Translations under genes and position numbers: made by a program
Notes under the pieces: generated by a model
What the model was told of the DNA's origin: nothing
Seen by the model: the letters and a program-made list of their open reading frames with translations, nothing else
Database searches by the model: none
Shown: piece by piece, positions 49,837 to 63,339 of the stretch
How positions within the stretch are numbered: position 1 is the first letter of the stretch
How the letters are laid out: each line of letters opens with the position of its first letter
NCBI GenBank assembly: GCA_040954595.2
Contig: CM082581.2
Span: 806,001 to 870,000, forward strand
DNA from: Balanoglossus misakiensis
Taxonomy: Eukaryota > Animalia > Hemichordata
Length of the DNA stretch: 64,000 nt
Reading direction: 5' to 3'

Positions 49837-52800
49837 TTGACTGCAAAAAGAAGCTTATCTCGTAATTTCAACTTGAATGGAACGCACTAGAAACTCTGAT
49901 TTACTCAGCCTCTAATTGTTCTATTTAATCCAGCAAACTCCACCATCTCAACATATATAACATTTGCCAAAACATGCATGCTTACGGTACCATGGATTCT
50001 TTACATACAGTAAGCAATCTCGACACGTTACGATAGCCGCCATATTGGAATTCGCTCGAGACGAAAATACAAAACATCTTACAAAACTGCCATCGTCTCA
50101 CAAACAAACAAAATCACACTACCATTGGTTAAACAACAACTTCATAACCAACATCACCAAGTATTATACGTTCAAACCACCGATTCTCTCATTCGTACCA
50201 CATTTAAAAACTGCATGTAATTGTATACGTGTTACTCACCGGATTCAGGTCAACGCCTCTGCTGGAGTCAGATTCGTTTTCGGATTCAAGTGCGTAGGAT
50301 GAAGTTGCTTTCAGATTCATACCCCATAGACGTGTTGGGTTAACACTCCGTTTATACAGCTCAATATATTGGTATATCTATACTACATCCTCTTCACAGT
50401 TAATGAATGTAATATACAGATCTGTTCACTTAAATAAAGATATGTTTATAGCCAAACAAATACCTCTGTCAAAACTTTCACTGATTCAGATGAAAATTTT
50501 CAACTATTTACAACCAATCCACACATCACTTGTGACTAATTAACCAATCACATAATGTGTCCATTCTAACTTTGTATTTCGCCCTCAACTACTGCATGTG
50601 TAATGATGCATGTGGATTAGTGTGTAATCATAATAGTTTGTAGTCTACCTTCTGCCCATCATTTTTGTAATTGGACATTATGCTGTCCATGTTCCAGTTT
50701 TTTTGCCACAATTTTTACTAAGTTTGCCAAGACCATTGTGATTGGTCGAAGATTATGGCGGCCATATTGGATTTTCGAAAAACCATAGTAAAACTCCAAC
50801 AATCTTCTCCAGAACTGGCGATAACTGAGTCGCAAGATTCGGGGAGTATGGTCATTACACTGATGTCTATCAGGTTTGCAAAGAGCATTGTGATTGGTCG
50901 AAAAATATGGCGGCCATATTGGATTTTGTAAAAAGCAGTGAAAAATTGAAATTCCTTTTTCTAGTCTATACATTGATAGCATGCAAATTATTTTTATGGA
51001 TATCAATCATCATATGACTAAAATATGTTACAAATTTTTGGCGATTTTTCACTTGACCTTTGACCTACTTTTCACACATTATTATTTCTGCATATCTATT
51101 TCCAGGCTAACCTATAGGGATGCATATATAGCTCATTCTACCTGTTCTAAATGTACCAGAGTTCTGATTTTTGTGCACATTGGTATCACCCCTGCCAGGA
51201 CCTACCCCAAATATTTTGGTAATTTTGGCAATGACCTTTGACCGTGACATGGCGGCCATATTGGATTTTCTGAAAAAATGCAAATCTCAGATCTCAGAAA
51301 CTACAAGTCAGATCGACTTCAAATTTGGCGTGCAGGTAGACTACCTTTTGGCAAACATTTTTGTAATTGGAAATTATGCTGTCAATGTTGCAGTTTTTTT
51401 GCTACAGTTGTTTTTCTGAAATCTGGTAAAAATTTCAAAAATCTTCTTCTCCAGAACCAGCGATAACCGAGTCACGCGGTTTGGGGTATGTGGTCACCAA
51501 ACTGAGGTCTATCAAGTTTGCGAAGATCATTGTGATTGGTCGAAGATTTTGGCGGCCATATTGGATTTTCGAAAAACCCTAGTAAAATTTCAAAAATCTT
51601 CTTCTCAAGAACCGGCGATAACTGAGTCACAAGATTTGGTGTGTGTGGTCATTAAACAGATGTCTATCAAGTTTGGGAAGGTAAATGTGATTGGTCGAAG
51701 ATTATGGCGGCCATATTGGATTTTGTGAAAAACGATTAAAAAGTAAAAATTCCCTTTCTAGCCTAAAATTTGATAGCACAGAAATTCTTTTTATGGATAT
51801 GAATCATCATATGCCAAGAATAAGCTATAAATATTTTGGTCATTTTGGCAATGACCTTTGACCTACTTTTGACGCATCATTTTTCTGCATATCTAATTCC
51901 AGGCTAACCAATAGGGCTATAAGTTTGGTTTTTGATGTATGTGGATTTGTATGCGATCAAAAAATTTCGCTACTTTTCATGACCCCTTTGACCTCTGCGG
52001 ACCTCATTAAATATGCGCATACCTAAATACAGATGAACCAATAGACCTAGAGGTTTGGTTTTTGTTGGACATGAACCAGTATTGGGTCAAATTTTTTTGC
52101 CCAAATGTTGGGTGACCTCGGATGACCTTTGACCTACTTTTGCATATATCGGCATCCAAAGCAGGTACAGCCTTGGCATTTGGAGGTATGGGGGCCATAA
52201 TGAAAAGCCAAAGTTTTGGGTCACCTGTGACACCTGCTTTATGCATTATTTATGTGCATACCTAATTCCGGACTAACCAAAAAGGGCTAGAGGTCTGGGT
52301 TTTGTTAGACATGGACCACTTTGGGTCAAAATTTTCTGCCCAAATTGTGGGTGACCTCTGGGTGACCTTTGACCTACTTAACACTATATCAACACCAAAC
52401 ATAGATATAACCTTGATATTTCATGGGATAAAACACAGCATTATGTTTCTACTCATTAATTATGTGCATATCTAATAATCAGATCAGATAATAGAGCTTG
52501 GGCCCGGACAATGCTGCTTGCAGCTTTAATTCTTCTTCTTCTTCTTCTTCTTCCGAGAAATTCGGCCAGGTAGATCTGGAAAACCGCTGCACCTTGGGGG
52601 CTGAAACTTGGTAGGGTGATAGGGGCCAATGAGTAGACGTGCAGTGGCTCGTGAATATTTAATTAGTCACGTGACCTGGCGGCCATATTGCATTTCCTGA
52701 CAATCGTTAAACGAGTCCTTCTCAAAAACTACTGGGCCGATCGAGTTCAAATTTGGTGTACAGGTAGCCTACCTTCTGTCCATCATTTTACCCCATTGAA

Positions 52801-55800
52801 ATCATGACGTCACACATAAAGTTTTTTTGCTACAATTGATTTTCTGAAAAACTACTTAAAACTTTAAAAATCTTCTTCTCCAGAACCAGCGATTGCCGAG
52901 TCACAGGATTCGGGGTATGTGGTCACCTAACCTATGTTTATCAAGTTTGCGAAGCGCACTGTGATTGGTCGATCATTATGGCGGCCATGTTGGATTTTCG
53001 GAAAACCATTGAAAAATGAAAATTCTGTTTTGTAGCCAAAATGTTGACAGCACGTAAATTCTTTTTTTGGATATGAGTCATCATATGACCGGAAGTTGTT
53101 ACAATTTTTCGGGGCAATTTTGACATGACCTTTGACCCAGTTTTAAAACAACTAATTATATATGCATATCCCCATACCTCCTCTTGTAAAAGCACCACAG
53201 TCATGAATTTTGTGGACATGGGTACCAATGCTGCCAGGACATGACACAACTATTTTGGTAATTTTGGCAATGACCCTTGACCTATTTCTGAAACATCATT
53301 TTTCTGCATATCTAATTCCAGGCTAACCAATAGGGCTAGAGGTCTGGTTTTAGTTGGACATGGCCCACTCTGGGGTCAACATTTTATGCCCAAATTTTGG
53401 GTGACCTTGGATGACCTTTGATCTAATTTCCCATATCTCAGCATCCACAGCAGTTAGAGTCCTGGCTTTTGGAGGGCCGATGGAGCAGATATGGAGTCTT
53501 ACACAAGACCTCATTAATTATGCGCATACCTAATTCTAGGCGAACCAATAGAGCTAGGTGTTTGGTTTTTGTTGGACCTAGACTAGTATGGGGTCCGATT
53601 TTTTTGGTTCGCCTAGAATTAGGTATGCGCATAATTAATGAGGTCTTGTGTAAGACTCCATATCTGCTCCATCGGCCCTCCAAAAGCCAGGACTCTAACT
53701 GCTGTGGATGCTGAGATATGGGAAATTAGATCAAAGGTCATCCAAGGTCACCCAAAATTTGGGCATAAAATGTTGACCCCAGAGTGGGCCATGTCCAACT
53801 AAAACCAGACCTCTAGCCCTATTGGTTAGCCTGGAATTAGATATGCAGAAAAATGATGTTTCAGAAATATGTCAAGGGTCATTGCCAAAATTACCAAAAT
53901 AGTTGTGTCATGTCCTGGCAGCATTGGTACCCATGTCCACAAAATTCATGACTGTGGTGCTTTTACAAGAGGAGGTATGGGGATATGCATATATAATTAG
54001 TTGTTTTAAAACTGGGTCAAAGGTCATGTCAAAATTGCCCCGAAAAATTGTAACAACTTCCGGTCATATGATGACTCATATCCAAAAAAAGAATTTACGT
54101 GCTGTCAACATTTTGGCTACAAAACAGAATTTTCATTTTTCAATGGTTTTCCGAAAATCCAACATGGCCGCCATAATGATCGACCAATCACAGTGCGCTT
54201 CGCAAACTTGATAAACATAGGTTAGGTGACCACATACCCCGAATCCTGTGACTCGGCAATCGCTGGTTCTGGAGAAGAAGATTTTTAAAGTTTTAAGTAG
54301 TTTTTCAGAAAATCAATTGTAGCAAAAAAACTTTATGTGTGACGTCATGATTTCAATGGGGTAAAATGATGGACAGAAGGTAGGCTACCTGTACACCAAA
54401 TTTGAACTCGATCGGCCCAGTAGTTTTTGAGAAGGACTCGTTTAACGATTGTCAGGAAATGCAATATGGCCGCCAGGTCACGTGACTAATTAAATATTCA
54501 CGAGCCACTGCACGTCTACTCATTGGCCCCTATCACCCTACCAAGTTTCAGCCCCCAAGGTGCAGCGGTTTTCCAGATCTACCTGGCCGAATTTCTCGGA
54601 AGAAGAAGAAGAAGAAGAAGAATTAAAGCTGCAAGCAGCATTGTCCGGGCCCAAGCTCTATTATCTGATCTGATTATTAGATATGCACATAATTAATGAG
54701 TAGAAACATAATGCTGTGTTTTATCCCATGAAATATCAAGGTTATATCTATGTTTGGTGTTGATATAGTGTTAAGTAGGTCAAAGGTCACCCAGAGGTCA
54801 CCCACAATTTGGGCAGAAAATTTTGACCCAAAGTGGTCCATGTCTAACAAAACCCAGACCTCTAGCCCTTTTGGTTAGTCCGGAATTAGGTATGCACATA
54901 AATAATGCATAAAGCAGGTGTCACAGGTGACCCAAAACTTTGGCTTTTCATTATGGCCCCCATACCTCCAAATGCCAAGGCTGTACCTGCTTTGGATGCC
55001 GATATATGCAAAAGTAGGTCAAAGGTCATCCGAGGTCACCCAACATTTGGGCAAAAAAATTTGACCCAATACTGGTTCATGTCCAACAAAAACCAAACCT
55101 CTAGGTCTATTGGTTCATCTGTATTTAGGTATGCGCATATTTAATGAGGTCCGCAGAGGTCAAAGGGGTCATGAAAAGTAGCGAAATTTTTTGATCGCAT
55201 ACAAATCCACATACATCAAAAACCAAACTTATAGCCCTATTGGTTAGCCTGGAATTAGATATGCAGAAAAATGATGCGTCAAAAGTAGGTCAAAGGTCAT
55301 TGCCAAAATGACCAAAATATTTATAGCTTATTCTTGGCATATGATGATTCATATCCATAAAAAGAATTTCTGTGCTATCAAATTTTAGGCTAGAAAGGGA
55401 ATTTTTACTTTTTAATCGTTTTTCACAAAATCCAATATGGCCGCCATAATCTTCGACCAATCACATTTACCTTCCCAAACTTGATAGACATCTGTTTAAT
55501 GACCACACACACCAAATCTTGTGACTCAGTTATCGCCGGTTCTTGAGAAGAAGATTTTTGAAATTTTACTAGGGTTTTTCGAAAATCCAATATGGCCGCC
55601 AAAATCTTCGACCAATCACAATGATCTTCGCAAACTTGATAGACCTCAGTTTGGTGACCACATACCCCAAACCGCGTGACTCGGTTATCGCTGGTTCTGG
55701 AGAAGAAGATTTTTGAAATTTTTACCAGATTTCAGAAAAACAACTGTAGCAAAAAAACTGCAACATTGACAGCATAATTTCCAATTACAAAAATGTTTGC

Positions 55801-57314
55801 CAAAAGGTAGTCTACCTGCACGCCAAATTTGAAGTCGATCTGACTTGTAGTTTCTGAGATCTGAGATTTGCATTTTTTCAGAAAATCCAATATGGCCGCC
55901 ATGTCACGGTCAAAGGTCATTGCCAAAATTACCAAAATATTTGGGGTAGGTCCTGGCAGGGGTGATACCAATGTGCACAAAAATCAGAACTCTGGTACAT
56001 TTAGAACAGGTAGAATGAGCTATATATGCATCCCTATAGGTTAGCCTGGAAATAGATATGCAGAAATAATAATGTGTGAAAAGTAGGTCAAAGGTCAAGT
56101 GAAAAATCGCCAAAAATTTGTAACATATTTTAGTCATATGATGATTGATATCCATAAAAATAATTTGCATGCTATCAATGTATAGACTAGAAAAAGGAAT
56201 TTCAATTTTTCACTGCTTTTTACAAAATCCAATATGGCCGCCATATTTTTCGACCAATCACAATGCTCTTTGCAAACCTGATAGACATCAGTGTAATGAC
56301 CATACTCCCCGAATCTTGCGACTCAGTTATCGCCAGTTCTGGAGAAGATTGTTGGAGTTTTACTATGGTTTTTCGAAAATCCAATATGGCCGCCATAATC
56401 TTCGACCAATCACAATGGTCTTGGCAAACTTAGTAAAAATTGTGGCAAAAAAACTGGAACATGGACAGCATAATGTCCAATTACAAAAATGATGGGCAGA
56501 AGGTAGACTACAAACTATTATGATTACACACTAATCCACATGCATCATTACACATGCAGTAGTTGAGGGCGAAATACAAAGTTAGAATGGACACATTATG
56601 TGATTGGTTAATTAGTCACAAGTGATGTGTGGATTGGTTGTAAATAGTTGAAAATTTTCATCTGAATCAGTGAAAGTTTTGACAGAGGTATTTGTTTGGC
56701 TATAAACATATCTTTATTTAAGTGAACAGATCTGTATATTACATTCATTAACTGTGAAGAGGATGTAGTATAGATATACCAATATATTGAGCTGTATAAA
56801 CGGAGTGTTAACCCAACACGTCTATGGGGTATGAATCTGAAAGCAACTTCATCCTACGCACTTGAATCCGAAAACGAATCTGACTCCAGCAGAGGCGTTG
56901 ACCTGAATCCGGTGAGTAACACGTATACAATTACATGCAGTTTTTAAATGTGGTACGAATGAGAGAATCGGTGGTTTGAACGTATAATACTTGGTGATGT
57001 TGGTTATGAAGTTGTTGTTTAACCAATGGTAGTGTGATTTTGTTTGTTTGTGAGACGATGGCAGTTTTGTAAGATGTTTTGTATTTTCGTCTCGAGCGAA
57101 TTCCAATATGGCGGCTATCGTAACGTGTCGAGATTGCTTACTGTATGTAAAGAATCCATGGTACCGTAAGCATGCATGTTTTGGCAAATGTTATATATGT
57201 TGAGATGGTGGAGTTTGCTGGATTAAATAGAACAATTAGAGGCTGAGTAAATCAGAGTTTCTAGTGCGTTCCATTCAAGTTGAAATTACGAGATAAGCTT
57301 CTTTTTGCAGTCAA
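49837..57314. repeat. Near-perfect 7.5-kb palindrome: arms 49837-53548 and 53604-57314, 55-bp spacer
   Basis: Mirror-identical ORF pairs with coordinate sums 107151/107152. I saw only one substitution (~53282/53870) and one 1-bp indel (~52281). Confidence 0.98.
50680..53603 (+). mobile_element. Head-to-tail non-autonomous Helentron units, mirrored at 53604-56470
   Basis: 3' end GCTTGGGCCC...GCTGC-TT-GCAGC-TTTAATT at ~52496-52531 runs straight into (TTC)n and a second unit; modular ATGGCGGCCATATTGG repeats. Confidence 0.6.
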
Positions 57315-57826
57315 TGTACAAATGATTATTTAGACTGGAAAGGGTTTAGGCAAGCGAATCTCTTGAGCGGAAGTGTAGAATTCGGGCGATCGGTGTGTCA
57401 TGCGTATGTTACGTACAAGCGTTGGTAAAGTATTATTTCTGGGATGTGTATTTGTAAAAAAAAATAAACTGTGTTATATTTATGGATTGGCTTTTCCAAA
57501 TACGTAAATACTGCATTTATTTCTGTGAATATTGTATGTTTATGTGATCAAAAGCCCAGGGGTTATCATTGTAATTTTTATCAGTTAAATCGATTTGTTT
57601 TTTGATAATTGAAAGGAATTTTGCTTCAAATATTGAACAATCTGTGTGAGTACAAAACAGAAACATTGCTGGATTATTTGTTGTTTAGTTGTAGTGAATC
57701 AACGTTGACAGCACACAACTTCCATTCCGTTTGTAAGAAATGAATCTGCAAGTGGGTTTAGTTCTTGTCTAATACAAATGGTTCGTCAGGTAGAATAATG
57801 TGATGTGATTTTATTCTTGTGTCTAG

Positions 57827-58936
57827 ATAAATGTGAAGGGTTCTGCTCAAACAATGCTGTTTGCATCAAGGACAGTGATGGCAATCCTGTTTGTGAATGT
57901 ACTGATGAATATCAAGGTGAAACTTGCCGCCAGAGAATACCAATGCAAGTTAAAGGTGTGTATACATTTCTTTGTTATTTAATAACTCAAGATTGAAAAA
58001 CAATATTCACTAAAGTTTACACATTTGTTTGATCTACATGATTACAGTTTACGTTGTCTTGAAAATATTTGTGAAAATGGTGAAACTGCAACATCTGCAA
58101 TATAACTAGATTTTTGGTCAACTAACCATTTTACAATAGTTAAGCATCATAATGAATGGTTGTCTTGCTTTTATCGTAGCATATCGCCCCCGTGACAAAT
58201 AGAAATATTTAAACTCTTACAGATTCCTCCGTTGACACAGCTGTCATCATTGGTGGTGTTGCGGGAGGTTTAGCGGCTGTGTTAGTGCTTGGTGTAATAA
58301 TGTTACTCATGTACCAACGGTAAGTTATTTAGTACTACCAGAGTAGAATCGAGACAGCTGTAGAAATGTTGCCCATCAGAAAACTGGGAATTTACCTGTA
58401 TCTTTCCATACATGCATGAGGCAACGTGAAAAATAATCACATCTGTATCGTGGAAGCAAATTTATTCAAAGAGTTCATGCATAGACCTATTCGCGTATAG
58501 GGTAACTGCAGTGCATCATGGTATAATTTGCGTTCAACATGCATGGCGGCTAACAAGGCAAAGTCACGCGACCAGACCGCAAAGTGTCCAACAACCACCT
58601 GCGTTATTCTACAGTAGTAACAACATCACAACAAATCCCACATTGATGATGTTCAACTATTTGACATTCAGGTGTGCTCTTGGAGGAAAGAAACATCCAG
58701 GCTGGGAAGAACAAGAGGCAACTATGGATATCCATTGGTTTGATGATACAGATGATGTTGATAGCAAGGCAGGGAAAAGTGTGGAAGATGAGGAAGCCTT
58801 CAGAGAAATCTATCACTACAATCCCATGTATAGTGGCGACAGTGGTAGTGCCAGTGGAAGTGAGGAATGGAGACCAAGGCCTCTTAAGAGTAGAAATGAA
58901 CTATTTCATGAGAGTCACGGAGACAGATACTTCTAA
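57827..58936 (+). CDS. Last three exons of a single-pass type I membrane protein (EGF-like domain, TM helix, NPxY tail): 57827-57955, 58223-58319, 58672-58936
   Basis: Canonical AG/GT sites with consistent phases 1,1,2; 6-Cys EGF CEGFCSNNAVC...CECTDEYQGETC; TM AVIIGGVAGGLAAVLVLGVIMLLM; tail YHYNPMY; stop TAA 58934-58936. Confidence 0.88.
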
Positions 58937-60575
58937 TGTGCCATCTCTGTGTGTACATGTATGGTATAATTCAAATGATAACTAGAATGGTTTTCATTTT
59001 GTGAGTTGACACAGTACTGTGATAAGCTTGGTATAATCCCATAAATGATAACAATAATAGTTATGCTTTGTCAGACGACAGTACTGTGATAAGCGCACAT
59101 TAAATTGGTTGGAGTGAAACAGATCTTTATTATTACACTCTTAGCAACATCTGAATGAAATGATCATAAATAATCATCTTTAAAGTATGTTGGTTATAAG
59201 GCTATATATTTTACATATTTTAAAGAATTTTCCTTAAAAATTTGTTATGACTTATTATAAGGTATTGTGTAATGAAAAAGATATGATAATACGAGAATTC
59301 CTAAACAACAACATATTTTTGTTGAATTTGGAGGACAAATTTTACAGTGTACCAATTCAGCTCTCCCTTTGCATGCTGACTTGCTTCTGTATTCATACAA
59401 GGCAGCATTTATCCTTAACTTGATCAGATAGAAGGTCTTTTCATCCAAATGCATAGATTATGAATTATTTCTCTCAATATATTCAGTGACTACCTCCCGA
59501 TGATATATATCCTCCTGAATTAGTGCTTCAAATTTTGATATTTTTCTTGATATTTTTCTTTAATTTGACTTCAACCGTCACCATTCTCCAAGACTGTAAA
59601 AGAAGGGAGATGATGATTAACTATTATCAATTTTTTTGCCCCTTGTACTGTCTTTACAACTGGCCGTATAAATCTGATATTTGTTTGGCATGCGAATTTT
59701 GGAATATGGATGTGTATGATCACAATTATAAGATCCTCAAAATAAAAGATCCTATCATTTCATTTGGTTAATAACCAGTTCATAGGTGAATGGAAATATA
59801 GTTACTCACTTTGAGACCTGACATGTATATATAATAATTCAAAGTATTTATTCGCATATTTTTATATTATTCATGGTGTTATAGATCAATGGAAATTTTT
59901 CAAATTAAATTCATGTATATAAAATGTAGCAATGTAATGTCATATGTGAAACCCTTAATCTTGATATTGTAATTCATTGTAGAATATGATTATATTGTGT
60001 TATTCACTCAACTTGTGCATGTATGTTTAAGATTCATGCAAAATTACTTTTTTATACAAACTGTTCCTTTTTGTGTTGTTCGGAGGTGACAACTCATCAA
60101 CAATGAAATAAGTTTGGGAAATTTTTGAACAAAGTCATGAAGTGGAAGTACTATAAATAAGTTTAATATCTGTTTGAGTTGTCCTGCCATAAGTCAACAT
60201 TTTTAGCTTATACAAATACTGGTGCAACTACAGAACAGTTGAAGAATTTCATCATTATATTTATGTTTTAATTACAAGTATATCAATTGTACCTTTTCCT
60301 TATATTAAAAGCATATTTTTATTATAATATTTAACTGAGTTCTTTGTCTACTTTTTTAAACTGACAATTTGTCAGTCATTACCATAACCCTGGAGTGTAT
60401 TTCACTGTGTCCAGAGATTCTTCTGTAGTTGTTATAATAAGACATCAAACCAGGTCCAATAATCAATATTACTCAAGCTAAGCTAATTACCAGGTCCAGG
60501 TTCAAAAAAGAAATAAGAGAAAAACTTACAATTTCAACAGGATCATCTTGAACCACTGCTAAGTGGTAGTACTCG

Positions 60576-61016
60576 CACAGGGGGGCTGCAAACATGAAAG
60601 TTATAAAAGGCGGAGTTCCTGCATTTTCCCCCAATAAACATTAATTGATGAACAGTCTTTGTGCTTGTTTATTTTTCTGTGTTACCTCCACCTGTCTTAG
60701 CAGTTGCTAATCCAGAATACAAACTATTGCATTTCCCATTAAGCACCTGCTAACGACTTAATCTGTGTGCCCCATCCACGGATTTAGTGGATTAAGTAAA
60801 CATCGGTCAGTTCTCACTTGGTAAGAGAATACCCAGTACTCGCTGACCGATGTTTACTTTATTAACTTAATCCATGGATGGGGCACACAGATTAAGTCGT
60901 TAGCAATGGGAAATGGATAGCTTTTATTCTGGATTAGCAAATGATAAGACAGGTTGGGAAAACGCAGAATGGAACGTACTTCGCCATTTATAACTTTCAT
61001 GTTTGCAGCCCCTGTG
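60576..61016. mobile_element. Palindromic MITE, ~440 bp
   Basis: CACAGGGG..GCTGCAAACATGAAAGTTATAAA vs TTTATAACTTTCATGTTTGCAGCCCCTGTG; inner arms pair around ~60825; flanks GTACTCG/GTACTAG (possible 7-bp TSD with one mismatch). Confidence 0.75.
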
Positions 61017-61649
61017 GTACTAGGTGTCGGAAATGGGTAAGCACACCCTTCCAGCATGCTACACCCGTTAAGACTGACCCAAAGAGACATATTTAAGTTG
61101 AATTTGACTTAACTAACAAATTACTGTTGCAAGTCAAATCCATATTTTGACTTTATCTCTGACTGAGCGCAGCGTTGTCTGAGAGACACTCCACGTCTTC
61201 CTCTTCACAAGCAGCCCACTTCAAGTTTCAGCAACATCCATAATAGTCCTAAAGTTGAGGTGCCAGTTAAAATTAGGTTTTTGGACCAAACTGGAATAGC
61301 TGCCGAAGTTTGGTATTTCAAATGATTGTCAGGTCACCTGTTTATTATATGACTGTGAGGTTTCTAACAAAAGGGAGATGACATACAATCACAAGTGTAA
61401 ATCCAATATTGAACATTACTTAAAGGGACAAATTGTTCAAATCCTCTTTTGAGCTTATTTGGTCAATTTTGTTTGATATGAAATGTGCCTATTATGCTGT
61501 TTGACTTCTTTAAACATGCTTAAATACTGGCCAATAAATAACTCCACTATGTTTGAAATTAAACCAGATAGTACAATAATACATTCCAAATGTCATCTGT
61601 GATAACATCATGCTTTGGACTTTTTTACTTTATATATTACATAACATGT

Positions 61650-61897
61650 TACGGAGGGGGGAGAGAGGTGAGAAAAGGAATGTGAGAAAGGAGAAGAAAA
61701 GCAAGAGGGCGGAAATGAGAATGTCAGGATGGAAAGGGAATGAGGAGAGGACTTTGACAGAAGGGGAGGGGAGAGACCGAATAAGTGAAGGTGAGAGAGG
61801 AAGTGGTTAGACAGGAAGAAAGGGAAATTAAAGCTCAATCACCACCACCACCACCACCACCACAATCATCATCATCACCATCATTGCCATCATCATT
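61650..61897 (+). repeat. Purine-rich low-complexity tract followed by (CAC)n(CAT)n
   Basis: Directly visible. Confidence 0.85.
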
Positions 61898-63339
61898 CTG
61901 GAGGCATCGTGGCCTGTATTGGCCCATGGGCATCATGGGCCAAAAAAACTGATTCAGTGTAAATGTGCATAAACCACACTTTTGTACGAACTCCTGTAAC
62001 CGGTGACGCAAGTCGTGAGTGGATTTGTGGGCGTGTCGCGACCTTTTCTGTGAATGTGATGCAGAGTGATATATTGATGACCCCCAGCCACCCCCACACC
62101 CTTTGGTAACACACTTCTTAAACTTTCTTTACATAGAATGGACTTCTCAAACCTTCCTTACCAAAGTTCTGATTAAAGATATCTATCTTCTAGGGTACTA
62201 CCAACAGCGTTTCACGTGACTGTAGACAAGCATCAAGTACCTGTACACAGACAAGGGCGTGCGCGCGTCCACAATAATTTAAAACGAATGTTTCCACCGC
62301 CGTGTGTTTTATGCACATAAACACTGAATCAGCTTTAATATTGTCCCATGATGCCCCGTGAGTTGTCAGGGTACCAAACTGACAATGCTGGAGAAAAAAT
62401 GAAGTGTTGACATGCATGTTGTTGAGGGGTTTCACAATGCATGTTACGGACGCTGGTTTCTCTTAGCAATAGAGTAGAGGCGTAAGGATGGGTTGATCTT
62501 GTGATTAAGAATTTTGGCAAAGAAACAGAAATTGTGTCATTTAGTTTTGTATTAAACCCTATTCGCGTATTTTGTGTTAAAGCACGAAATACTGCAATAA
62601 TGAGATACGGTAGTATTTAACACATATAATATATGATATAATATAGCTTTATCAATACCAGTGAATTTTGTGACGTCATTGCTGTACATTTTTTTATCTT
62701 TTATTTAAAACGCACAATGTTACATCAACAAATCAAAAGAAGAAACGAACTGAAAACTCACATCATAGCTTCAAAATTTATTACACTTTCTGGATGGTTG
62801 CATGATTCCTAAGGTTTGTATACCTTCAACCTCAATGTCACGCGGGAGGATTGGTGTTGGGAATGTAACGGGGAATTAAACTCTATCGATGGGGATAACT
62901 CGCTTGGCTAATACTGAGAGGTACCTATATGGAATCGTGCTGACGTCCAGATACATCGACACGAACACTGGGTATTTATGGTAGCAACTGAGAATATAAG
63001 AATTTAATGAAATAAACCTACTCGACCACTTGCGTTCTGAGGACAAGAAGGACACAAATAGTCCGCCATCCAAAAGACCGTTCCAGCATTTTATTTTTAC
63101 CCGCCAAAAGACGCGGAGATATATTTTTAGATGAATGATCCATGCATACTCTGATTGCATAGTACTTGTCTTCCTTGTGTTCCTTAAAACAATGAATGTA
63201 TTGTATTTTCTTTTCTTTTCATCAGGAATGCGATAACTTTCTTAACACTTCAAAAGTTTCTTTACTCTTCAATCACTTCTGTCTCAACTTTTAAGTTTAA
63301 CTTTTACTTCCAAATCTCAGGTCACAAACTCTATAGACT

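Noticed and set aside
49964-57187. Pairs of identical ORFs on opposite strands
   Set aside because: Mirror products of the palindrome in non-coding Helentron-derived sequence.
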